Assembly (NCBI RefSeq): GCF_036321535.1
Contig: NC_087436.1
Location: forward strand, 78,370,001 to 78,434,000
DNA: 64,000 bases
Origin: Camelus dromedarius
Lineage: Eukaryota
Direction of reading: 5' to 3'
Positions 53,793 to 64,000 of this stretch are shown one piece after another. Under the pieces are notes generated by a model, which had not been told where the DNA came from, searched no databases, and was given only the letters and a program-made list of their open reading frames with translations. Within the stretch, counting starts at the first letter, position 1, and the number at the start of each line of letters is the position of its first letter. A program made the position numbers and the translations under genes.

Positions 53793-56700
53793 AATTAGAA
53801 GTAAATAATTCTTAATTAGAATGAAAAAGCAAAAGGAGGAAATATATATATATGAAAGATTCTCAATTATAATCTTGAATAGAGAGAATAATGAGAGGTG
53901 ATAAACAGACCCTAAATGAAGAAACAGTTTTAGTTTTTCTCTTGTGATTTCAGGTAAGAATGCCCAACACCCCTAATTCAACCCAGGTCTACATTTAGAA
54001 GGTTTCATTTGGTCACTCAAAATCGGCTGTTCCTCAGCTTAGATGGAGTTCTTCTTGGCCTTCTTGTCACTCATTCAGCTGAGGTTAGCATAATACATTT
54101 AACCTTAATGGTGTTTACCCTACACTTGCTCAGCTAACAGCAAGACATGACAACTGGATTTTTATTTAAGTGTTCTCTTGGATGGTGTCCTAGCGACATA
54201 AGATAGAGCAATAGAAGTAATGTCTGCGGGCACACGTTACTAATGAGGGGGGAAGTTAATTGGTGTGTGGGCAACAGTACTCATTCCATGCTTGGAGGAC
54301 CACTCAGTGTCATTAACAAGACTCTAAACCCCAATGGTGCTTTGTAATACATTCTGTATTACAAAAATTCATGACTTCCTGTCAGACTTGACAATTATTC
54401 TTGAGAATGGTTGATTTTCCTAAATTAAGTAGTCTAGGAATATTCACTTACATGAGGACCTTTCCACCCATAGGCATCTTTCTCCTGGTCCAACAATAGC
54501 CATGCGTGCCAAGCAAAATGGTAAACATTTTACGCATATTACCTACTCAAAGCAACCTTGAAAGGTAGCAATTACCTTCTATATACCACAGATTAGGAAG
54601 CTCAGAGAGATTAAATAATTTGTCAAAGGTCACACAGCTATCCAGTAAAAGAGTTAGAAGCTGAAACCAGCTCTTAGATTTGAAGGCCCATCTCCTTACC
54701 AGATACACAACTCATAGCCTGAAACTTCACCCCCATACTCATGAAGCCAGGGTTGAACTTCTCTCATTTCATTTCCAACCACTTGTCTAGTTCCTCTTAT
54801 TCTTGGAGTGGAGGATGGGGTTGGAAATTACATTGACAGGTGGAAATCTGATTTCCCACAAAACTCTCCCATTTATATGATTAAGCACTTTATAAAGAAA
54901 TTATTATTATCATCATCATCTTTACTATTACTGATGTTAAACTAAATCACAAGGCAGCACTGTATTTTCAAAGGTGGACTAAATTCAAAACATGAAGCGA
55001 GCTCTCCATTATCCAGTGGAGACACCAAGTTATCAAACCAATTCAGAAAGGACCCAATGAGTTAGTGTTCTAAAGAAAGAAATGTTCTTGGCAAATTTCT
55101 TTCTAAAGAAAGAAATAAATGAAACACCAATTCATAAAACAAAATAAGCCAAAGGATGCCTCCATCCTAAATGTGAATGATTGTTTGAAAGGAAGTTGAG
55201 ACCTGCCTTTGAAAGAAGAGTCCTATCTATGGCAGAAATTTCAACCATTAAAAGCATTTATAACTTGCTATTATTGTGGTTTTCTAAGTCTCCTATATGC
55301 TAAATTTGAAATTTAGAAATATGGAAAAAAATGTAAACAAATAAACAAAAATCTTCTGATTTCGGCACCCAGAGACAACCCCTATTAGCATTTTGTATAA
55401 TTTCCTTCTTCCTGTCTATTTTCTATGCAGTTTTCATTTAGTTGATTTCATATCACAGATACAGCTTTTAATTCCTGAGGAGACTTGGGGAAGCATACAG
55501 GCACTCAGTTTTAACCTTAGCATATTAAAATAATAAACATTGGTCAGAATTTCTTATGAAAGTTTGACTTTCAGAATACATATCAATTTAAATTCATTGA
55601 TTTTAAAAAGTTGACCCAAAGGAACCTAAATTTATTCAAATATTACTGTTACAGAATTTCTTAAGGCTTCCTGAGCTATAGAACTTCATGAATTTCCCTA
55701 ATGACAGTAAAAACCCCAGTGAGGATTACAGAATTCTGCAAAGTCAGGAGTAAGCAAAAAGGAAATTAAAAATTGTGAGGAAAAGGACATTAAAGACTTT
55801 GTTCACTTGTTTTAATTAGTATAGCTGAATTTTAATTATCACAATTCATCACCAGACACTAGTAAACGTGCTGAAACCATCTTGTAAAATTAACAAAGCT
55901 TTAACACTACAAAGCCTTGTTTAATGTTATTCTATTATTCATTTGCAAAATAAAAGGTGACTTAAGCAAAAGGTATGCATTTGGAGCAGGCAAGTAGAAT
56001 GGAAGTTTTGCATCATGTAAGTAATTCATTTGACTATAATCTCCATGAAGACAGAGAGGTATCTACCATATTTACTGTAGGCATCTAGCATAGTTAGTAA
56101 GTAAATGAATGTAAAAATGAATGCACAATTTTATCTTGTCTCCTCCAAGGAGCTATAGAATTCCCAAAGGCAGGGATTGTAACTTTTATTTCTTCTTCAT
56201 ACACAAAACATCAGTAGATGATTGACTAATTAGGAATCAGTCAATAGAAACTCCTTAGCAGATACATTTTCTGGAGAGAAACAGCTTTCACCAAAGTGAA
56301 GGACAGAACAGTCTAGACTCTAAACCCACAACACAACCCACCTAAATTAATGTGCTCCCAGGAGATACAGAACTCTGCTGCTCCACTCCTCACTCTCAGA
56401 GGAAAAAGTTTCTTTAAAAATTGCAGAATTGTCCATTGACTGTCAGAGAAATGTCCTGATCCTCTGTGGTAATATATTCGTGAGGTTAACACCAGGGACT
56501 ATAAAGGCCACTGAGGCCAGGCCCTGCACTCCCTAACCCATTCAGGTATTTCCACTTGCCTCTTCCTGTCTACATTTGAGTAGGTTTCTCCCTGTCATGG
56601 GGATTCTTTTATCTAAAGATGGGAACGTTTTGGAGAATGAGGTAGGAAGCTGCCTTATCTAGGAAGGCCTCGTGATTCCGGGAGGATCTGACACCTGTAC

Positions 56701-59700
56701 CATCTGACTCCTGGTTTGTTTCATTTCAGCTCTCACTGACTGCCATCAGACTAGATCCTGGATTATGCTCCTGGCCTGACTCCTTGACTTCATCATCACT
56801 TGAGTCTTCATATGCTCACTTAATTAGACCCATTACTTGGCTGAATTTGTGGCTAGGTTTGCTCTGACAGGCAAATTAGTTTCAGGTCCTCTCCTCACTC
56901 TGATTCCCTGATGTCTCCAACCTTCCACTGACAGTTGTGGCTGCCCCTTCTTTCCTGTTTACCTACAACTGTCTGCCTCTCACAACCACGTCTCACTCAG
57001 AGCCACAACCACAAACATTAGGTTCTGCACAGAAAAAAATTATATTCCTGGACATGAAAGGCTTTGAATTATTATGAAAGCAGCACACACACACACACAC
57101 ATTTTAATAAAATTTATACAGTGCAGAAAACCACAAAATACGATGTAAAGCTTCAATCACTGGTAACATCTTATTGTGCATTGTGAGATCCTTCCTAATT
57201 TAACATCTTAGGTTTGGCAGAAGACTCTTGTTTCATCTGTGTTATCCATCAATTTGGATTGAGAGTTACAAGAAGAAGAAACCATATGAGCACATGATGT
57301 AGTCAGTAAATGGCTTTTGGCACTAAAATAGAGTACATCAATTGCCAAGAACAGAAGTATGAGGGATCCGGAGCAATTCCACACCTGTCTGTTTCCCTGG
57401 TTGAATGCTTTGACTTCAATAACATTTTCATTGAGAATGTTTATAGGTGACACATGAAGAATACAAAGAGAAACACAAGAATGGTTTGATGTAACCGTTC
57501 AAATCGAGTTTTGCTTTGCTCTAATAAGTTTTCCCAATTTACTGAGCTTCCTTCCTAACAATGCAAATTTAATTCTTTCTGTAACCTACTTGAATTACAG
57601 GACTTGATTTTTGTAAGTCAAGCAATATATGAATGTTAAACCTTATATAACCATGGCTACATCTGAAGTCAGATTAGCCTTTACCATACAAAAAACAGAC
57701 TTAAGAGAATCTCTGCTATCCAAGTGCTTGCATTTCACAACCAAAAGGTTGAATTTTACAATGTTTGAATACTTGTAAGTCTTACAGATCAGATATAATG
57801 GTGTTATTTCACCTCTGTATATGTACCTCTAATCAGACTTAAAACTTTGTTAGATTAATAATACTAAAAACATAAGGGGAAACAGAAACATTATAAATAA
57901 TTGTAGGTGTTAGTCTCTCTTGCTAGAAACCAAAGAACAGCATTTAGTCTGCTGTGTATGTACCTAGATGTCTAGAGATGTGTGTGGGGATGTGTCATAA
58001 CATTTACATGTATTATGTGTAACATTCAAAGAAAATAAATACCTCCATCTAAAAATCAATGTATATTTTTGAAAAAAAGAGTGGGAAGCCCAAAAATATA
58101 AAACACATACAACGTCAGCAATAAAGAAGTGTATATATTCTAGAAGAAAATAAAATAAAATCAATGTACTTTAGAAGGTTTGGGTTGTAATCAACTCACC
58201 ACCCCCCTTCAGGAAATCACTGCAGGATGTAAAACCAAAGCACAAAGCTGTACCATTTTGCCTTTTTCTTTCAGGAGCTAAATTTGCATTATCCTTCTGC
58301 CATATGTTCAGGTAGCTTTCAATGGTACCTCATGCAGCTGTGTCATTGAATTCCCCAACCTTAATGAATAAACTAATTACAGTCTTGAAATGAACTCTTG
58401 CAGACTAGCTATCTCCTGCCATAGATCAAGAAGAGAACTTTATTCCCACAACTATCTGCTAATTTGCATTAGCCATAAAAAGTGCACCAGAGCATCCTTC
58501 CCTACTCCAGCTGGGCGACCAGAGCTGCATCAGTAGGATACTACGCCACTGGTATTAATTCGTCACAGTTCAAGCCTGCAGCAGTGAATTTGTCACTGCC
58601 ACAATGATTCTCAAGTACAGATGCAACCAGGAAGCCGCTGAGTTACTTGAGTTGGACAGCAGTATTGCTGTAACTGTTGGTTTCACTGCATTAAATTTTA
58701 TAATTGAGACCTATTATTCATTTGAGTCTCGGAAGTCTGTTTATAGGAGATTTGCAAAGAGAGGTCAAAAATACAGATGTGAACATTGGAAGCATGTAAA
58801 GTAGTAAGAGTCACTTTATCAAATACAAATATAGTTGAATTGATGGCAAAAGCTATCAAGAAAAGAAGCTAGGGAGAGACACTAATGTGAACCAGCTTTC
58901 ATACTCTCAATTCAACATCTATTGTCTGCTCCAGAGGCCCAGATAGGGAGCCTGCTGTATCTGTTAATTATAACACTGGGTTGGATTCCAGTTACATGGT
59001 TCTCTGATGAATAGAACCTTATGGTGGCTTTGTTGTCAAATTAATTCTTTCTCACCAGCAGCAAGTCACAAAATTTTAAAAGACTGACTGCAGAGGGCCC
59101 CAGGCTCTTTGGTTTTCTCCTCCCTCCCTTGCTTGCACAGTTTCCCATTAGAGTTGTAGAATTCCAGAGTGAAAGCTGGGACAGTCTATCATATAAGTGG
59201 AAGTCAGGAGACTTGGATTATGGTCCCAGTTTGTGCATACTCACTCTGGGACCCAGACTCAAACAGCTTCTAGCTCCTTTTCCACCAAGTGGGCTATAAT
59301 GAAGCAGCATTGAGAACACGTGTAGGCGTGGACACTATTCCTTTGAGGCCTACGTGCGTTTAAGATGGCAGTGGGATGACCCTCTCTTCCTAGGTCACAT
59401 TTCCTATTGCTTATTCTATTCACAACACGTTCAGGTCCTCTTAGCCAGAACATTCAAAAATTATCATTATCATCATCAAAATGTGATGCTTAGAAGATAT
59501 TTTAGATTTCCTTTCGCTAAAGCATCTTTCCTGCAAAATGTCCTATCCCACGGAAGTGCACGGTTGTAAGGTAACTCAGGAGATTATAAAGTCCTTGCAG
59601 CAAATGAAATTAAATTTAAGTCATCTTGATCAAAAAATGGCCCTCTCGTTTTTCCTTAAAAGAATTCAATTAAAGTTGGAAAGTAAGACTAAACTGAGTA

Positions 59701-59902
59701 TTCCATAATATATCCTATAATATTATCCTATAATATAATGGTATTATGTTGAAAGGTAGGATTACTATTGTAATAACTTTCATTTATGTAGGACAGCATA
59801 GTTTGCAAAACGCTTCACGTGGGTTTGTTTCCTTCTCAATGCCTACATTTTATAATCCATCTGCATAGTCTAATATCATGTGATGAAATGAATGGGTGTT
59901 TA

Positions 59903-59958
59903 TCCATGGGAGGGGTTGAGCTGTGCATCCTTCTACTCCGCCATCTTGGCACTCCCCC
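59903..59958 (-). mobile_element. 56-bp insertion resembling the extreme 5' end of an L1, with no poly(A) tail
   Basis: The minus strand reads GGGGGAGTGCCAAGATGGCGGAGTAGAAGGATGCACAGCTCAACCCCTCCCATGGA. Perfect 14-bp TSD TGAATGGGTGTTTA at 59889-59902 and 59959-59972. Confidence 0.75.
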
Positions 59959-60543
59959 TGAATGGGTGTTTAGTTTCATACAATACCTTTATTTTATCAA
60001 CAATATAAATCCAGATATTCCTTCTATAATTATGCCTCTGCAATTTGTTTTCCTTCTCAGATTTGTAATACTCTAAAAATACATTCCTGAACTAGTTTCC
60101 ATTTGTTGTTTAATTTTTTTTCTAATTTTACCTCACCACTAACAAAATAAAATTTACAAGCTAATGTAGTACGACCAAGACTCAGAGGCACAGGATTAAG
60201 CTTGGTTAATCTGCCCCGTACCATGCTGGGCTACATCCTCTTGCAGCCCTAGGAACCCTCAAGGACTTATACACAAGCACAAAGCACAAGCACAGAGCTG
60301 TTCTCTTCTCCAGTGTAACATCTAAAAGCCAGCAGAGGTCCTCTGATGATTTAGGAGAATCTACTCTCTCCTGCCTCTGACCCCGCAAAAAAACAAAAAG
60401 CAATTTCAGTATTCCTGCATGCAACACAAATGACCTCAGGAAGCACCGTTTCTAACAGGAAGCTTGCGTTTTCCTTTTTAGTTTTCCCAAGTTAGCATCT
60501 CTCACTGTGTCCTAAATCTTACTCTGAAAGGAGGGTCCATAGT

Positions 60544-61000
60544 TGTATCAGTCAGGGTCCCAGCTTGAAAAAGATGACACATTCATCCTGGGCCATTAGG
60601 AGACTGTTCATAAGGGTGTGGGCAGGGCATACGGTTTAGGGAAATCAGTAAAGGACAGAACTGTACACTAGAGCCAGTAAGATGGCGGGGAGGGACTGAG
60701 GGCCTGAGAAGGCAAGGACAGAGCATGGGTTATCAGAACACAGGGAGAAGAGCTCAATGGAGAAGTCCCTGCCTGGCTCTGGAGCTGTGGCCTTCAGGCA
60801 AAGGCAGCGGCCGACCTGTGATGACCCAGCACGGAGGCAGCCGGGCCTCCACTCACCTTCCTCTCCTGATGTCCTGACAGTTCACTCCATTGGTCAAACC
60901 CAACCAGAAGCCAGAAGGCAGGGGCATCTCCTCAAGGTGATTCTTACAGGCCAGCTTCCTGGGCCTGGAGGGCCAAACAGGTAGAGACCCAGCAACGTCC
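60544..61000. mobile_element. ERVL solo LTR (LTR33-like), copy 3
   Basis: TGTATCAGTCAGGGTCCCAGC...AGATGACACATTCA...CCATTGGTCAAACCCAACCAGAAGCCAGA. Confidence 0.7.
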
Positions 61001-61349
61001 ACTAGTCAACAGAATTCCGTCAACAGTGGGTGGCAAGTTTTCTCTAATGTCACTGAAAAATAGCCAAATTCCTTTATACTTTGAAATATTCCGAGTAGTA
61101 TTAGACCATACTATTTCCCATGTAAATTCTTGTCCTGTTTTATACACAATAATTAAGAATTCTAGAAGTTGGAGCATCATGTAAATAAAATGAGTTCTTA
61201 GAGAATATGTGATCAAAGGCAGCTCAGAGCATTTGACTTAAGTCCTTACCTGTAGCAAATTCCACATCCAAACCACCAAGAGGTGGTCAACGGTGCTTTC
61301 AAAAATGGCCCCTAAGAGCTAAAATTTTTAAAAATAAATTAGGATAGCC

Positions 61350-62255
61350 TAACTGTCCAATCCAGTGGCATCATCTCTGCCTGCATACTATTCCACATTG
61401 CTGACCCACCCATTGTGCCCTGGTTTTCATAACATTGCTCTTTCCTGCTTCTCCTTACACTCTGCTGCCCTTTCTTATTCTTTTTCTGACTTCTGTCATC
61501 CTTCTCCCAAATTAAATGCCAGTGCTCCCCAGGATGTGATCATTGCCCTCTTCTCTCCTTGTTCTGCACACTCTCCTGAGCAAACCCACCCACTCACATG
61601 ACTCATCTGTACCTCTAAGCCACAGCTGTCCTTTCCAAATGAGTGACCCATGGATGATGGGTTCCATCCATCCCATCCATGGATGAATGGAGAGTCTTTT
61701 CCTCTCCAATCTCTCTGCCTCTCTGCTACTAAAGTTATTTTTTTTAAACATGTATCTGATCATGTCACTTCTCTGTTTAAAAATCTTCAATGGCTCCCAG
61801 TTGTCTAGGATGAGGTTTTGGAAGTATAGTATTGAAGTCCTTCAGGTTATATCCATATCCCACTCTCCAATTTTCATCACTCACTATTAAGCAGAGCACA
61901 AGTGCCTTACATTTTTTAAAAATGATTCCACCCCGCACCTTCACAAATCTTTGCCTTTTCTCATGTTGTTTCCTTTCTACCCATAGTTTCTTTCCCTGAT
62001 GAACTCCCATTCATTCACCTTTTAAGGCCCAATTCAAATATTCCCTACTCTATGATGCTTTCCCCAAACCTCCTTGGGAGAGCCAACAGCTCATAGTTCA
62101 ACAAAGCTATTATTATATTGTAATAGAAAGTACAGTGTATTTTGTACATTTCCATCTTATCTACTGTGAACTCTTTTAGGGGCAAAATCACATCTCACTA
62201 ATCTTTGAAACAATACTGAACATGGAGTAAATTATAAGTATGTATTTGCCGACTG
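61350..62255. mobile_element. L2 LINE fragment
   Basis: Pyrimidine-rich with L2 motifs TCTGATCATGTCACTTCTCTGTTTAAAAATCTTCAATGGCTCCC and AAGGCCCAATTCAAATA. Confidence 0.75.
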
Positions 62256-62374
62256 ATACATTCTCATTATCATAGACAGTAGTTCTACATCTAGAAAGAA
62301 GAATCTTCTAGATTTTAAAAGGAATTGACCTGAGATGTGAAAGTCAACATTGATCAGTTAAGCTTGGGTTATAG

Positions 62375-62800
62375 GCAGACTTAGCATAAAGGTTAAAAAC
62401 ATGGGCTCTGAAGCTAGATAATTGAGGTTTAGATTTGCCAGAGAAAACACAGGGCACTCAATTAAATTTGAATTTCAGATAAACAATGAATAACCTTTTA
62501 GTGTAAGTATGTCCCAAATATTTCAAAAAGAACATAAGTACTGCTGGTGTTGTGTGTGTGTGTTTCCCCCTGAATCTGACAATTCTACCAAAGTTCAAAC
62601 CTCAGTTCTGTGGCTTCCTGGCTGTGTGACCTCAGATAAGTTAATTAACCTTTCTGTCCTTTCGTTTCTTGTTTTTAAAATTGGGGTAATAAATATCTGC
62701 CTCCTAGAATTGTTGTGAAGATTAAATGAGTTCACATAAACATAAAAGACTTAGAACACCAAATGTCATGTAGGTTCTCGATATTAACCACTGTAGCTAT
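62375..62800 (+). mobile_element. MIR interrupted by a MER53-like fragment (~62435-62520)
   Basis: AGCATAAAGGTTAAAAACATGGGCTCTG...GGCTGTGTGACCTCAGATAAGTTAATTAACCTTTCTGT. Confidence 0.7.
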
Positions 62801-63019
62801 GTAATGGCCATTATTATTATTAGCAGTTTTGTCCTTATCTTAATGCTCATCTCATGAAGGTAGGTTTTATGCCCGCCTTAATGCTCATCAGTGAGACTGA
62901 ATGTTAGAAATGCCTTCTTCATTACTAACAAAAAGACACATCCGCATGTACAGGGCCACACAGGTACCTCTTCTACTGCTAATTTGTTTTAACACCAAAA
63001 TGGTTCAAATCTTTTTTAA

Positions 63020-63180
63020 AAAAATGGTAAGTATGTGAGGCGATGGATGTGTTCATTAACTTGATTGTGGTAATCATTTATATTAAATCATCACACTGTA
63101 TACCATAAAAAGACATATTATACATTCTAAATATATATACTTTTTATTAGCCAATTATACCTCAAAAAAGCTTAAAAAAT
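63020..63180 (+). mobile_element. L1 3'-terminal fragment
   Basis: ATGGTAAGTATGTGAGGCGATGGATGTGTT...TTGATTGTGGTAATCATTT...CAATTATACCTCAA. Confidence 0.8.
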
Positions 63181-64000
63181 TAAGTTAGTTATAAATAAAT
63201 CTATTTGGAATGACCAGTGGAAAAAATGGTTCTGAAGTAGTAACAAATACCCTGAAGATCTTCATTCGAACAGAAAGATGCTAGCTGAGGACAATGATCA
63301 CTCACAGCACAAGCCAAGCAGTCCTGCCTTAAATAATCTTACACGTTTGTAACACATTTCATATTTCCAAGTCTCTGAAATGAATCCAAAACTAACCAGT
63401 GAGATACGCAACCCCATACAGTACAGTTTAAAATTCTAGTGATTGGGGGAAAAAGAGCAAATGATAGAAAGATCATGCTCTCATGCCAGGGAATAAGAAT
63501 CTCATTTTCAGTCATGAAAAAGAAAAAGAACTTAAAAAATTAATCATTTCCACCCATATATAAATGTATTAGTTCCATTACAGCAACAAGTTAGGGTTAT
63601 TGTGCTGTTCTTCAAACCCACCCTGATGGTGACTACTAAAAATATCATAGGAGCATTAGCCAAGTGTGACATTGTACAGGTCATTGGAGCATGTATGTAC
63701 TTCTACACCATCCCTATTGTTTTCTCATTGTTTATCCAGTCAGACATCGTCCAAGTCCCCTTTACTAAAAGCACAAATGAAGAGAGAAGTATGTCCAGTA
63801 AGAAACAGCTCATATGAATATGCTCTAGTGGGAAATACTGTCTCGTGCATTACTATTAAAAACATGGCGTGCATGCGCGTGCACACACACACACGCATCT
63901 CAAAGCAATAAAGGGCCTGCAGAGAAGGAAGGTAAAATATGCTTGCTGAGCCATCATTACTGAACAGGAGGGAAGCCTGAAATCAACAAAGGACCAGTCA

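Noticed and set aside
57208..57453. 81-aa minus-strand ORF as a standalone or terminal coding exon
   Set aside because: No recognisable homology and no supported upstream coding exons. Kept only as a possible non-coding terminal exon.
61646..61690. Palindromic CCATGGATG...CATCCATGG cluster, and a short hairpin at ~56221-56245
   Set aside because: Short and low in complexity, too small or imperfect for a pre-miRNA call, and likely chance or slippage products.
1..64000. Prokaryotic-style systems (operons, CRISPR arrays, defence islands) or an intact autonomous retroelement
   Set aside because: The window is mammalian intronic and intergenic DNA with no regularly spaced repeat-spacer array and no long intact ORF. 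All transposon coding remnants are disrupted.

Overview
This is mammalian genomic DNA, AT-rich and dense in repeats. It is most likely from a camelid, inferred from two tRNA-Ala(AGC)-derived SINEs resembling Vic-1 and from artiodactyl-type L1 3' ends. The main non-repeat landmark is a CpG island at ~38.2-39.2 kb. It looks like the promoter and first exon(s) of a minus-strand gene, whose long first intron would run off the left edge. Support comes from minus-strand splice donors at 38253 and 38842, and from the long L1 remnants at 7-20 kb lying antisense to that gene. A plus-strand donor at 39091 suggests divergent transcription. I could not recognise the gene, and there is no convincing multi-exon protein-coding sequence. 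The supplied ORFs are mostly chance ORFs, GC-rich open frames or decayed L1 ORF1/ORF2. The rest is layered transposon remnants (L1, L2, MIR, ERV1/ERVL/MaLR solo LTRs, hAT DNA elements, microsatellites), several nested with readable target-site duplications (TSDs). Weak exon-like segments at 57-61 kb could be the 3' end of a minus-strand non-coding transcript. The most unusual item is a 56-bp insertion with no poly(A) tail, resembling only the extreme 5' end of an L1 and flanked by a perfect 14-bp TSD (59889-59972). I found no evidence for a novel multi-gene system. Repeat family names come from recalled consensus sequences, not from a database search, and many repeat boundaries are approximate.
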